From an uncultured Actinomycetes bacterium (lineage in GTDB: Bacteria > Actinomycetota > Thermoleophilia > UBA2241): 64,000 nucleotides of DNA. Of this stretch, positions 19,963 through 35,098 are shown piece after piece. The position numbers were made by a program, and so were the translations under genes. A model generated the notes under the pieces. That model was not told the DNA's origin. It ran no database searches and saw only the letters and a program-made list of their open reading frames with translations. Within the stretch, counting starts at the first letter, position 1, and each line of letters opens with the position of its first letter. The stretch covers positions 448,001 through 512,000 of the forward strand of contig CAVRZA010000002.1 in assembly GCA_963725665.1 (NCBI GenBank), in the 5' to 3' direction.

Positions 19963-22518
19963 CTACTTCGCCGTCACCGTGACGACCCCGCTCATGCCCT
20001 GCATGACGGTGGGACCGGCGGCCTTGACGGCGCGCAGCTTGTAGGTGCCCTTCTTGGTCGTGAAGGCGTAGTCGAACCTGCTCCTCGAGTTGACCCCCAC
20101 GCCGCTCTTGAACGTCTTCCAGACGCCGTTCACCTGGCGCTGGATCGTCACAGGACCGGCAGTCGGGCCTACGGTGCCGTTGAGGGTCACCTTCGTCCCC
20201 GCGGTCACGGACCGCTTGGAGGCCGATAGAGTCACCCGGTAGGCGACGTTGACTGTCGCGCTGGCGCCGAAGGTCGGCGCGTAGTTGGCGTCGCCCACGA
20301 ACAGGATTCTGTAGGTCGTGTTCCTGTTGGGCTGGACTCCGGTGTAGCTGTAGTTGGAACCGCTGAGGGTGGCAAAGCTCCCCGGTGTCCCATTGATGTA
20401 CAGCCGCACCTCATCGCCGGCCATGAGCGCAGGGCCACCAGTCGGGATGGTTACGCTACCGGAGAGGGTAAGGGTCTTGCCGTAAGTGACCGTGGCAGCA
20501 CTGGACGTGATGGTCACGCCCGCGACCGGCACCCTGAAGGCGTCGGCCTGCTCCATGGCCTTGTTGATGACGGCCACGCCGTACTGCCAGTTGTGGACGC
20601 CCAGCTGCCTTCCTGGGCCACGAGCTCCATGTTGGTCCAGGCCTTGCCGAAGTCGGAGTTGGCGACGTCGGGGTCGGCCAGGGCGTTCTGGACGGCGGAC
20701 ATCGCCGGCGGGCCGGCGGTGTCTGTGAAGCCCATCTGGCGGGCCTTGGCATCGAGCGTGGCCGTGACCTCATCGACCATCGTCGTCCGTCCACTCCTGA
20801 CGCTGGTCGATGATCTGCTGCATGGCCTCCGTCTTGGCCGGGTTATCGCCGTTCGTGCCCTCGTGGCACGTCGAGCAGGCCGAGTACGGCATATGACGGG
20901 TCGTCGGCATGCTGCTGAAGGTGACGGTCCCGCCATTGGAGGCTGCAAGACCCGACGCCGGATTCGTGTAGGTGAAGCTGCTTGCGGAGACGATCGCCGT
21001 CACCGCGAAGGTGCCGTTGTAGCCGGCAACGGGTACGCCGGCGATGGTCACGTTCAGGCCTACGGCGGCCGCGGTCCAGTTGAGCGGGGTGCGCGTGGTG
21101 ATGGTGACCGTGGTGCCCGCCGTCTCCTCCTCCACCTCGACGATCTCGGCCGAGCCGCTGATGTTGATCGCGGTGGTGGTGTCCATCGCCTGTTCCGGCA
21201 TGATCGGCGTGAAGACGTGGTTGGCGGCGACGCTCGCGTCGCCACTGCCGGTTATGGCGGTCGGTACCATGTGGCACTGCACGCAGAAGCCCGTGTGCAG
21301 AGCCGGCATCTTCGGCACGTCGATGGCGCCGATGCCGTCCATGAACTCCTTGGTCGGATGGTTGATCTCGGCGCCGGGCGCGAAGGTGGTCTCACCCTCG
21401 GCGAGCTCGCCGTTGTGGCAGCTGCCGCAGAGCGTCGCCCGCGTCAGGACCTCGTTGGTGCCGGGATTCCGCTCGATGAGCTGCGCGTTGCGCTCGCTGG
21501 CATCTCCTTCGTGCTCACCGCCCCAGACCGAGTTCGATACGCCCCTCTTGTGCGGGTCGTGGCAGGCCACGCAGCTGTCGCCGTACTTGATCTCGTCCTT
21601 GGTGACCACGTTGTTGTTGCTGTCGTGCGCCGGCTGGTTCGGGTCGGGGTTGACGATCAGCTTCGGGCCCGACAGGCCGCCGGCGACCAGGATGCGCTGG
21701 TCGGCCGACATGCAGTGCCCGCAGAAGTTGACCTTCTCGTTGGCCGAGACGGCGGTGTCGGGGACGAACGTGTTCAGCACGGCCCACGAGTTGAAGTGCG
21801 TGATGGGCAGCGGGGTGCCCTCGGGCACCGGTAGCGCGCCGCTGTACCAGCCCTGGGCCATCTCGTCGTACTGGACGGCGCCGGTATCGTGGACGTTCAG
21901 GGTATAAGGGGTGTTCGGCCAGCGTTGTAGCTGGCTGCCGACATTGATGACGCTAGCCAGCGGTGTCGTGAACGGATCGTAGCCGGGCCAGAAACGCAGG
22001 GTGGTCGGGGTCGGGGTGCCCGGATCGGCCGGGTTGTAGACGGGGTACGTCGCCATGGCCTGGCTGCGTTGGTCGTGGCACTGCCCGCACACGTCGGGGT
22101 TGGCGAACTGCCCGTAGTCGAGCGGGTTGGAGGTCGCTGGGGGCGGGTTCCAGCTGGCGACCCCCTTGTGCGTGGTGACCGCGTTGTAGTGGCAAGCGGA
22201 GCAGCCGACGAACGCCTCGGTGGGGTTGTCGCCCACGCCTGTCGCTAGGTCCCACGCGATGGGCTGTGCAGGGTCGAAGTTCCCCGAATGGCAGCCCGCG
22301 CAGGTCGCCCGGTTGGACTGCTCCGTGTTGTTCGCCACCGAGGCGTGGGCTGTCTGGGCCCAGTCGGAGATAGGCGGCGCCGAGGCACCGTGGCAAGCCT
22401 CGCATGTGGTCACCGGCGTGAAGCCATCCAAGGCCAACGGTCGATAGCCGGCGAACGCTGCCGGCACGACTATCAGGGCCACCAGGGCGACGACGGCGAA
22501 GATGGTGAGCCGCTTCAA
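19963..22518 (-). CDS. Secreted multiheme cytochrome c with C-terminal Ig-like beta domains (frameshifts near 20785 and 20600)
   Basis: Signal peptide; 8 CxxCH plus one CxxCM; ELVAQEGSWGVHNWQY reconstructable across three frames; in-frame ATG at 22569 is an alternative start. Confidence 0.85.
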
Positions 22519-23000
22519 CGGCGTCACCTCCCTTCTCTTTCTAGTGTTTCGAGGACTATCCGCACTCATGTCAGTGTCACCTCCTCTCTTCACGGCGGAA
22601 GAGAAGTCGTGGCGAGGACCCTCGGAACGGGCCCTCGACCCCGTGAGCAGACGTGCAGGGGAGCCGTTCCCAAGAACGGGTTCGGCCGCACCCGATGCGG
22701 CTCTCTGGGAGTGTGATCGATGAGAAAGGACGTGAGAGCTGCGGCTGCGCCGCGTTCCCGGCGATGAAGCGTACAAGCTGGCCCCCCAGTCCCTGTGGCT
22801 CGCGCCGGACCATGGCTCCGTGGATTCCGGCGAGAGAGGTATACCTGAATTCGAGCGCTGGGGCAATAAGAACCTCCGTTGTACACCGAGGCGCTTGAAA
22901 CCGGGACCGACTGCGTCTTCGCCTCCCGGTCGCAGCAGGGGACGGCGGTCAGGTGGGAGAACTCGAGGTCTCCGTCATGGCCCCGTCGCCCTGTGCGTGC

Positions 23001-24152
23001 CTAGGGCAACGAGTCCGGTCCCTCCAGGGGCTGGTCGGCCGTCTTGCGCTGCCAGCCCTCGAACGAGACGCGCGACGAGAAGAAGCTGACGGACTCCTTG
23101 ACCATCGGGATGAGCGGGATCGCCAGGAAGGCTCCGGTGAGCCCGTGGATCTGACCACCGGCGAGAATGACGAAGATGACCAGAAGCGGGTGCACCCTGA
23201 AGCGGCTGCCCATGATGAGAGGGGCGAGGATGTGTCCTTCCACCTGCTGGATGAGCAGGAAAGCGACGATCACCCACAGCGCCGCCAGCGGCGAGTGGAA
23301 GAGAGCCACGATCGTCGGCGGGACGGCCGCCATGACCGGCCCGACGTAGGGGATCACCTCCATGAGGGCGGTCCACGCACCGAAGAAGACGGCGTACTTC
23401 GACCCCGACGGGAACACGCCCGTGACCCCGAGCAGCCACATGGCCAGGCCGGCGCTCAGGCCGAGCGCTGCCGAGAGCAGCACCTGGGCCTTCACGTAGT
23501 TGATGACGGCGCTCTGCACGACCGCCACGAACTCCTCCCCGTCCGCCTGCGATCGCGTGGGGAAATGGGTCGTGATGAAGCGCACGATGCGTTTCGCGTC
23601 GAGCAGCATGTAGATCGAAACGACGACGATGATGATGGTGATGGCGATCCCCCGCACCAGCGACACACCCAGGTCGACGAGGCTCCGTGACGCGGCCGGC
23701 AGGCTTTGCGACAGGCTCTGCGCGATCCTGGCGGCCTCGGCGTTCACGTCGATGTTGAGTCGCACGCGATCGGCCAGTCGCTGCAGGTTGTCGATGCTGC
23801 CGCGCGCTCCCTCCACCAGACCGGGGAGGGTGTTCAGGAGGTTCTCGAGCTGGCGCAGCGCCGGCGGCACGACGAGCACGCCGATGAGGACGATGACCGC
23901 GACGAAGGCCAGGTAGACGAGAAAGACCCCGAACGGGCGTGGGATGCGCACCCGCTGCAGCACGCGGACGATGGGATTGAGGACCAGGGCGATGAGCATC
24001 GCCGTGAGGAAGACGAAGATCGCCTCGCCGACCAGGCCGATCGTGAACCAGGCCACGAGCAGCAGTACGGGGAGCGTACCGAGCTGGACCCAGCGAGGGA
24101 TCTCGATGTGACCCTTCGAGGCTTCCTTGTCTGCTTGCACGCGTTCTCCCAC
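23001..24152 (-). CDS. AI-2E family transporter
   Basis: IPYVGP, QQVEGHILAPLIMG, LAIP motifs; multiple TM helices. Confidence 0.9.
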   Translation of the reverse strand: MGERVQADKEASKGHIEIPRWVQLGTLPVLLLVAWFTIGLVGEAIFVFLTAMLIALVLNPIVRVLQRVRIPRPFGVFLVYLAFVAVIVLIGVLVVPPALRQLENLLNTLPGLVEGARGSIDNLQRLADRVRLNIDVNAEAARIAQSLSQSLPAASRSLVDLGVSLVRGIAITIIIVVVSIYMLLDAKRIVRFITTHFPTRSQADGEEFVAVVQSAVINYVKAQVLLSAALGLSAGLAMWLLGVTGVFPSGSKYAVFFGAWTALMEVIPYVGPVMAAVPPTIVALFHSPLAALWVIVAFLLIQQVEGHILAPLIMGSRFRVHPLLVIFVILAGGQIHGLTGAFLAIPLIPMVKESVSFFSSRVSFEGWQRKTADQPLEGPDSLP

Positions 24153-24283
24153 GGGTCGGTGGCTCGAAAACGATTATATCCGGCGCCCCTGCAGGCCGTT
24201 CTCGCTCCTGAGTCGCGGGCGAGAAAGACGCAGATGGACCCGAGCGACCGGCCGGCGTTTCGGATGCGGCGCCTTCGGGGACG

Positions 24284-24316
24284 AAGTTGACACTGATATG
24301 ACTCAACTTTTATGAT
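24284..24316 (+). promoter_or_regulatory. dnaK sigma-A-type promoter overlapped by HAIR-like (HspR) inverted repeat
   Basis: TTGACA(24287)-N18-TATGAT(24311); AAGTTGA...ACTCAACTT inverted repeat, spacing 1 nt longer than canonical CTTGAGT-N7-ACTCAAG. Confidence 0.7.
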
Positions 24317-24349
24317 CAATACGCACTCAGTCTCCAAGGAGGAACACGA

Positions 24350-26257
<1,908 letters not shown>

Positions 26258-26438
26258 CCGCGGCTCGAGACCTCGGACAACGACGAGCAGAGGCAGTCCC
26301 CGCTCGACACGTGCGACGGACCACCCGCGGATGGCGGGGTGCCCGTCGCGACCTAGGACCACGTGACGCGACCCGTGCGTTCGCCCGGCGGGGAGCGCTG
26401 GGAGACCACCGGATACGGGCGAAACGAAGGAGGCAGAG

Positions 26439-26897
26439 ATGGCTATCATCAGATGGGATCCGTTTCGCGAGATGACGAACGTTCAGGACCCGTTCGACCG
26501 CCTCTGGCGGGGCATGCTCGAGGGACGTCGCGGTCAGGAGAGCTGGCTGCCGGCCGTCGACGTGTTCGACACCAAGGACGCCGTCGTGCTCAAGGCGGAG
26601 CTCGCCGGCATGAACCCTGACGACATCGAGATCGAGGTCGACGACAACGTGCTCACCATCAAGGGCGAGCGCAAGTTCGAGGAGAGGGTCGACGAGGAGC
26701 GCTACTACCGCGTGGAGCGCCGCTACGGGTCCTTTTCGCGCAGCCTCGCCCTGCCGCAGGGCGTCAGGGCCGACGACATCCAGGCAGACTACGAGGACGG
26801 CGTCCTCGAGGTACGCGTGCCCAAGGCCGAGGAGGAGAAGCCCAAGAAGATCTCCGTCAAGGCCGGGCAGAAGACGGTCGAGGCCAAGAAGGCCTGA
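26439..26897 (+). CDS. Hsp20/alpha-crystallin small heat-shock protein
   Basis: RWDPF, ERRYGSFSRSLALP, YEDGVLEV. Confidence 0.95.
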   Translation: MAIIRWDPFREMTNVQDPFDRLWRGMLEGRRGQESWLPAVDVFDTKDAVVLKAELAGMNPDDIEIEVDDNVLTIKGERKFEERVDEERYYRVERRYGSFSRSLALPQGVRADDIQADYEDGVLEVRVPKAEEEKPKKISVKAGQKTVEAKKA

Positions 26898-27030
26898 CGC
26901 CGTCGGCGCGGTCGCGACGTTGGGGTCGCGACCGCTCGCGGGGCTCGCGTGCGCGAGCCCCGCGCGAGCGGTCGCTGCCGAGCAGAGCGACGGCGGGCGT
27001 ACGGCAACGACGACGACGGGAAACCGGAGC

Positions 27031-27801
27031 ATGATGACCGACAGAGGAAAGCAGAGAGACGACGCGAGCGGCGGCGACGGTAAGCGGCGCCGTGTGCGCG
27101 TGACCGTCGGCCGCGACGGGACCGGCGAGCCGGCGAGCGACGACTCCGCCGCGGGCGCGGACGAACGCGCTCGCGGCGAGACCGACGAAGTCGGCGGCCG
27201 TCCTCGTGGCGAGACCGACGACGCCGCCGCCGGTCCGGCCACGGTCGCCGGCGAGCGATCCCGAAGCGAGTCTGACGAAGCGGCCGCTGGCCCAGCGGGT
27301 GCGGGCGAGGATGTCTCCGACGAGGTCGAGGCGCTGGTGGCCGAGGCGTGTATCGCGGAGCTCGCCAAGGCCGAGGCGGAGCGCGACGCCTACCTCGACC
27401 AATTGCTGCGGCTGAAGGCCGAGTTCGACAACTACCGCAAACGTCTGCAGCGCGATGGCGAGGCCCTGCGCCTGCGTGCGGCCGAAGGCCTCGTCGAGTC
27501 GCTCCTGCCGGTGGTCGACAACATGGAGCGCGCCCTCGAGGCTGCGGGCAAGCACGAAGAGAGCAAGCTGGTCGAGGGCGTGGAGCTGGTGAGCGAGCAG
27601 CTGCGTTCGGTGCTGGCGAGTCAGGGACTCGAAGAGGTGCCGGCCGAGCCGGGCGTACCGTTCGATCCCACCGTGCACGAGGCCGTGCTGGCGCAGGAGT
27701 CGGCGGAGCATCCCGAGGGCACCATCGCCGCCGTGCTCGAGAAGGGCTACCTGCTGCACGGCCGGCTTCTGCGGCCGGTGAAAGTGATCGTTGCCCGCTA
27801 G
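27031..27801 (+). CDS. grpE: Nucleotide exchange factor GrpE (long acidic N-terminus)
   Basis: [28 protein letters not shown]. Confidence 0.95.
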   Translation: MMTDRGKQRDDASGGDGKRRRVRVTVGRDGTGEPASDDSAAGADERARGETDEVGGRPRGETDDAAAGPATVAGERSRSESDEAAAGPAGAGEDVSDEVEALVAEACIAELAKAEAERDAYLDQLLRLKAEFDNYRKRLQRDGEALRLRAAEGLVESLLPVVDNMERALEAAGKHEESKLVEGVELVSEQLRSVLASQGLEEVPAEPGVPFDPTVHEAVLAQESAEHPEGTIAAVLEKGYLLHGRLLRPVKVIVAR

Positions 27802-27814
27802 GCGGACGAGAGGT

Positions 27815-28957
27815 ATGGCCGACGATTTCTACAAGGTCTTGGGGGTCGACAAGAAAGCCTCGCAGGACGAGATCAAGAAGGCTTTCCGCAAGCTGGCGCG
27901 TCAGTATCACCCCGACCGCAACCCGGGCGACAAGGCGTCCGAGGAGAAGTTCAAGGAGGTCAACCAGGCCTACGAGACGCTCTCCGACGCCGAGAAGCGC
28001 AAGCAGTACGACGAGCTCAGCCGTCTGGGCGCCTTCGGGCCGGGCGGCGGGTTCCGCCCGGGTCAGGGCGGCTTTCGCGGGTTCGACCCGAGCATGTTCG
28101 GGCAGGGCGGCTACCAGCAGTTCGACATGGGCGACCTGTTCTCGAACCTCTTCGGCGGCGCGGCCGCGGGCGCCAGAGGCGCCCGCGGCCGCGCCGCCCG
28201 ACCCGAGCGCGGCGCCGACCTGCAGGCCGACGTGACGATCTCGTTCGACGATTCCCTGCGCGGCGTCGAGGCCCGCGTGCCCGTGACCAAGCCCGACGTG
28301 TGCCAGACGTGTCACGGATCGGGGGCGAAGCCCGGTACCACGCCGAAGATCTGCCCGCAGTGCCAGGGGCGCGGGGTGCTCTCCGAGAACCAGGGGTTCT
28401 TCGCCCTCTCGCAGCCGTGCCCTCGTTGTGGCGGCAACGGTACCGTGATCGAGTCGGCCTGTCCCACCTGCGGTGGGTCCGGTATGGTCGAGCAGACGAG
28501 GCGCTACACCGTGAAGGTCCCCCCCGGCGTCAAGGAGGGCACGCGCATCAAGCTCAAGGGCAAGGGCGAGGCCGGGACGCGCGGCGGCCCGGCGGGCGAC
28601 CTGTACGTCGTCACGCACGTCGAGTCCAGCACGCTCTTCGAGCGCTCGGGCGCCGATCTCGTGCTCGAGGTGCCAGTGACCTTCACCGAGGCCACGCTCG
28701 GCGCGACGGTGCACATCCCGACACCGGGTGGTGGGCGCGTGGCGCTCAAGGTCCCGCCGGGGACGACCGACGGCCGCACTCTCAGGGTGCGCGGCAAGGG
28801 CGCGCCGAGGCTCAGCGGTGGCGGCCACGGCGACCTGCTGGCGCGCGTGCGCGTGGTCGTGCCGGCGAAGCTGAGCAAAGAAGAGCGTGAGTTGGTAGAG
28901 AAGCTGGGCAAGAGTCAGTCCGACCCGCGCCGAGCGCTCTTCGGCGAGGGCTTCTAG
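27815..28957 (+). CDS. dnaJ: Chaperone DnaJ
   Basis: HPD J-domain, G/F region, four CxxCxGxG repeats. Confidence 0.97.
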   Translation: MADDFYKVLGVDKKASQDEIKKAFRKLARQYHPDRNPGDKASEEKFKEVNQAYETLSDAEKRKQYDELSRLGAFGPGGGFRPGQGGFRGFDPSMFGQGGYQQFDMGDLFSNLFGGAAAGARGARGRAARPERGADLQADVTISFDDSLRGVEARVPVTKPDVCQTCHGSGAKPGTTPKICPQCQGRGVLSENQGFFALSQPCPRCGGNGTVIESACPTCGGSGMVEQTRRYTVKVPPGVKEGTRIKLKGKGEAGTRGGPAGDLYVVTHVESSTLFERSGADLVLEVPVTFTEATLGATVHIPTPGGGRVALKVPPGTTDGRTLRVRGKGAPRLSGGGHGDLLARVRVVVPAKLSKEERELVEKLGKSQSDPRRALFGEGF

Positions 28958-29010
28958 TGAGCGCCGCCGACACGAGAGGGTCGTGATCGCCTGCGGCGGG
29001 GGCTGAAGCG

Positions 29011-29427
29011 ATGGTGCAGGAGAAACGAGACAGACCGCTGTTCATGATCTCGGTCGCGGCCGGGCTGGCGGCGATGCACCCGCAGACGCTGCGCATGTAC
29101 GAGCGTCGCGGACTCCTGCGTCCGCAGCGGTCGGCCAAGAACACGCGCCTCTACTCCGAGCGCGACGTCGAACGCTTGCGGCGCATCCAGGAGCTCACCG
29201 AGATGGGCATGAACCTCGCCGGCGTCGAGCGCGTCCTCGCGCTCGAACAGCAGCTCGAGACGCTTCACCGGCAGGCCGAGAACCTGCGGCGGCAGCTCGA
29301 GGAGGCGGCCGATCGCCTGCGCGCTGAGGTGCGCAGGGCGGATGCCGCCCATCGCTTCGAGCTGGTGCCGGTGAGGCCGAGCGCGACCGCCATCATCGCC
29401 ACGGGACGCCGCCGGCGGGGCAGCTGA
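29011..29427 (+). CDS. hspR: MerR-family heat-shock repressor HspR
   Basis: ISVAAGLAAMHPQTLRMYERRGLL, MNLAGV; follows dnaJ. Confidence 0.92.
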   Translation: MVQEKRDRPLFMISVAAGLAAMHPQTLRMYERRGLLRPQRSAKNTRLYSERDVERLRRIQELTEMGMNLAGVERVLALEQQLETLHRQAENLRRQLEEAADRLRAEVRRADAAHRFELVPVRPSATAIIATGRRRRGS

Positions 29428-29490
29428 CGAGGCATCAGCGCGGCGACGCCGCGTGCAGGGCCGCGAAACGAGAAGAGAGAACACGAGGGC

Positions 29491-31902
<2,412 letters not shown>

Positions 31903-32044
31903 CGCCGTATCGCCTGAGGCTCGGTCGACGACGGCGAGCCACCCGCGGCTCCGCCGACGCGTTCGTCTACCGTAGCCGGCGGCTTCAACGTCGGGACTTC
32001 TGCGCCTCGTTGCGCCCTGCAGGCAGCGCTCCTATAGTGGCGGC

Positions 32045-32260
32045 ATGGGCCGGTTAGGGACGATTCGCACGCTGGTCGTGGGCACCGCCCTCGGCGTGAC
32101 AAGCGCCGTGCTCGCCCCTCGCCTGAAGCGCTCTGCTGGGGGCGACGGCGACCGCGCCTCGCGCGAGATGACGCGGCGACGGCGCGCCTCGCGCGCCGTC
32201 GCCGCGTTCTCGGGTACGCCCTGCGCTGCCGAGAGACGGCCTGAGCGGTCCGAGGACTGA
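32045..32260 (+). CDS. Small hypothetical protein (probably leaderless)
   Basis: TATAGT 6 nt before ATG; hydrophobic N-terminus. Confidence 0.5.
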   Translation: MGRLGTIRTLVVGTALGVTSAVLAPRLKRSAGGDGDRASREMTRRRRASRAVAAFSGTPCAAERRPERSED

Positions 32261-32369
32261 ACCACCCTTCGCACTTCCGGGCCGGAAGGCGTTCTGCTCA
32301 TATGGCTATAGTCGCGGCGGGTTGCGTCCGATAACTGCCTGCGAGGGATCCATCCTCGAGGAGGACGGT

Positions 32370-32714
32370 ATGATCCGACAGGAAGCCAAGGAAGACGAGC
32401 GGATGGGGGTCGACACCGGCTTCGAGCTGCTCGAGCTAGTCGTCTACGTGAGGGACCTGAAGATCGTCGGCCGCGCACACTTCGGCGCGAGTGGCAGGCA
32501 CGCCTCGCGGCGCGCCTCGGACCTCATCCGCTCGTACCCCGACAAGCGTCTCACGCTCTCGGACGTGCGGGTCTACAGGAAGGGCTCGGCCGACCTGTAC
32601 GACGCCGCGCCCTTCATGATCGTAAACCTGGACGCCGTCGACCTCATCTACTCTCGCGAGCCCAACGCCGGGCGCGTCACGGAGGACGTCCTCGAGGCGG
32701 AGGAGGAGGCGTAG
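32370..32714 (+). CDS. Conserved-looking hypothetical protein
   Basis: GAGGAGG RBS, GC3-rich codons. Confidence 0.65.
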   Translation: MIRQEAKEDERMGVDTGFELLELVVYVRDLKIVGRAHFGASGRHASRRASDLIRSYPDKRLTLSDVRVYRKGSADLYDAAPFMIVNLDAVDLIYSREPNAGRVTEDVLEAEEEA

Positions 32715-32764
32715 CCCCTCACTTCGCAGTCGACCTGCTGCTGCCCACGGCCCGCTTCGCTTTC

Positions 32765-33412
32765 GTGGTAGAAGGCGAGCGGGTCGACGTGCTGCCCGAG
32801 CACCGCTCTCCCGAAGGGTTCCTCGCCTACCAGGAGCTCAGGCGGGCCCACGGAATCGTCGGGATGACCACCTTCCCCAACAGCGTCCTTCTGCGCGGCG
32901 CCTCGACCATCCTCGTCGATCCCGGCCTGCACTTGCAGAACGAGCCCGTCGTGCGCGCCCTCGCCGCCCTCGGCGTGATCCCGGCCGACATCGATCTCAT
33001 CGCCCTGACCCACGCGCATCTCGACCACGCCGGCGCGTGCGTCGACGTCGCGCGACCCGTCGCCGTGCACGAGCTCGAGCTGCGCGATCCCCACTGGGCG
33101 ACGGTGCGCGGCATTCTCGAGGGGAGGCACCTGCACCTGCTCGAGGGGGAAGAGGGGGAGCTCGCCCCCGGCGTGACGTGGGTGCGCACCCCCGGGCATT
33201 CGCACGGCAGCGTCTGCTACCGCGTCGAGACCGATGAGGGACTCGTCGTTCTGGCGGGGGACACCATCGGGCCGCTCAAGGCGTACTTCGACGAGATGCG
33301 CCTGCCCGAAGGCTGGGAGGACGGCGAGGAGCTGCTGCAAGCCTGGGCCATGATTCGGTCGTGGCGGCCGGCGCGCGTCATCGCCGGTCATCTGCCGCCC
33401 TTCTCCTTCTAG
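32765..33412 (+). CDS. Metallo-beta-lactamase fold hydrolase
   Basis: THAHLDHAG, TPGHSHG, AGD, terminal GH; start uncertain. Confidence 0.85.
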   Translation: MVEGERVDVLPEHRSPEGFLAYQELRRAHGIVGMTTFPNSVLLRGASTILVDPGLHLQNEPVVRALAALGVIPADIDLIALTHAHLDHAGACVDVARPVAVHELELRDPHWATVRGILEGRHLHLLEGEEGELAPGVTWVRTPGHSHGSVCYRVETDEGLVVLAGDTIGPLKAYFDEMRLPEGWEDGEELLQAWAMIRSWRPARVIAGHLPPFSF

Positions 33413-34623
33413 ATCGTCTCGCCGCCGGCGTCGTCCGCGCCGGCCGCCTCTCCCCGGCGCGCATCGTCGTCGCGGCCCGACTGTTCCATCTCCCGCTCGC
33501 TGGCCAAGCTCGCGCGCTCCACCTCCTGCAAGCTCAGGTGCGAGATGCTGAGAAAGACGAAGCCAAGGCTCACGCCCACGACCGTCTGCATGCCCTGCAG
33601 ACCGATCGCGTAGGCGAGCGCTTCCTCGCCGCCCACCCCGAACAGCGCCAGGGCGCCGACGGCGGCCGCCTGGAAGGTGCCCCAGTTGCCCGGCGTGATC
33701 GGCACGAGGCCGATGATGTTGGTGGCGATCATCACCAGGGCCGCCGCGCCGAGGCTCGCCGGGCTCACATGGAAGGCGAGCATGACCATGTAGTAGATGA
33801 GGAGCTGCACGATCCAGGTGGCGACTTGCGCGGTGAACTCGAGGATGGCAGCCCCGGGCTTGCCCATGATGCGCTGGCTCTCGCCCAGGGCCGCCAGGTG
33901 CCCGAGAGCCTGGAAGCGCAGGCGGTCGCGCAGTCGCGGCAGTGACGGGGCGTGCAGGCGAGGCACGTGCCAGTGCGTAGCGCGCGAGTGTGCGTGCAGG
34001 GTGGGGATGCGCAGCCGGTGGCCCGCGACGGTGAACTCGACGTGCTGCTGATCGGCGACGCTCTTCTTGCGCCAACGCTCGTAGAGCACGAGAGCGACGA
34101 TGATGGCTCCTACGGCGATGCCCCCGACGATCAGTGTCGTGCGCGCCCACGCCGGCGCGCTCACCCCGATGAGGAGCAGGGCGGCGAGGCCGACGATGGC
34201 AGCCACAGCGAAGAGACGCTCGCCGAGGATGGTGCCGAAGATGGTCGCCACGGGCATGAAGACGCCGCGGCGGCGCAGCGATACCTGCAACGCGTAGGCG
34301 CGCGCGACCTCGCCCAGCCGGGCGGGCACGAGCCAATTGACCATGAGGCCGATGCTCGTGGCCGAGAACGTTTCCATGACGCGCGCACGGGCCGCGCCGA
34401 GAGCATCGAAAACGATCTTCAGGTTGATGCCTTTGAGGAAGATGGCGAACAGGTCGACGGCCGCGGCGGCGAGCAACCAGCGGATGTCGACGTGCAGGAA
34501 GGAGTCCGCGATCGCCGCGGGGTCGGTCTTCCACACGAGCACCGAGAGGAGGACGGCGAGGAACAGGACTTTCGTCCACCAGTGGCGGTTCCAGAAGGAG
34601 ACCGCGCGGGACCAGAAGCTCAT
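33409..34623 (-). CDS. Lysylphosphatidylglycerol synthase TM / flippase-like (UPF0104) protein
   Basis: PARLGEVAR, ERLF, PITPGNWGTF; multiple TM helices. Confidence 0.85.
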   Translation of the reverse strand: MSFWSRAVSFWNRHWWTKVLFLAVLLSVLVWKTDPAAIADSFLHVDIRWLLAAAAVDLFAIFLKGINLKIVFDALGAARARVMETFSATSIGLMVNWLVPARLGEVARAYALQVSLRRRGVFMPVATIFGTILGERLFAVAAIVGLAALLLIGVSAPAWARTTLIVGGIAVGAIIVALVLYERWRKKSVADQQHVEFTVAGHRLRIPTLHAHSRATHWHVPRLHAPSLPRLRDRLRFQALGHLAALGESQRIMGKPGAAILEFTAQVATWIVQLLIYYMVMLAFHVSPASLGAAALVMIATNIIGLVPITPGNWGTFQAAAVGALALFGVGGEEALAYAIGLQGMQTVVGVSLGFVFLSISHLSLQEVERASLASEREMEQSGRDDDARRGEAAGADDAGGETI

Positions 34624-34720
34624 GGGCTAACGCATACACCACCTCCGTGCGCATGGCAAATGCCTGCGGCGGCGCATGCTAGACTAGCCTGTCGCCGCCG
34701 TCCGTCGTGGGAGTGCCTGC

Positions 34721-35083
34721 TTGCCCATCTACGAGTATCGCTGTGAGGCCTGCGGCCATACGTTCGAGGTCATGCAAAAGTTCACCGACCCCGCCGTCGA
34801 GACGTGCGAGGAGTGCGGTGGTGAGGTGGTCAGGGTCTTCCATCCGGTCGCCATCCACTTCCGCGGCTCCGGCTTCTACACGACCGATTACGGGCGCTCA
34901 TCCAAGGCCGCCAGAGCCGGCCGCGACGAAGGCGACGGCAAGGCAGCCTCTGAGGGCAAGGAGGCCAAGGCGGGCAAGGAGAGCGACCAGAAGAGCGATA
35001 CAGAGGGCGGCGCCAGCGCGAAAGATACGGGCGGCGCCGGCGCCGCGGCCAAGACTGGCACGGGTCAGGCGGCCGGTCGTTGA
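34721..35083 (+). CDS. FmdB-family zinc-ribbon protein
   Basis: MPIYEYRCEACG...CEECGG...FRGSGFYTTDY. Confidence 0.92.
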   Translation: MPIYEYRCEACGHTFEVMQKFTDPAVETCEECGGEVVRVFHPVAIHFRGSGFYTTDYGRSSKAARAGRDEGDGKAASEGKEAKAGKESDQKSDTEGGASAKDTGGAGAAAKTGTGQAAGR

Positions 35084-35098
35084 GCGCCGGGAGGGGGT

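Noticed and set aside
22530-22900. c-di-AMP or c-di-GMP riboswitch in the cytochrome leader
   Set aside because: Hairpins are present but I could not match the conserved consensus elements by eye; needs an Infernal scan
24320-24348. CIRCE (HrcA) element before dnaK
   Set aside because: Only GCACTC of the left arm is present; the right arm does not match GAGTGCTAA
27170-27225. Repeated gcgagaccgacga units in the grpE 5' region
   Set aside because: Low-complexity coding repeat in a disordered N-terminus, not an array
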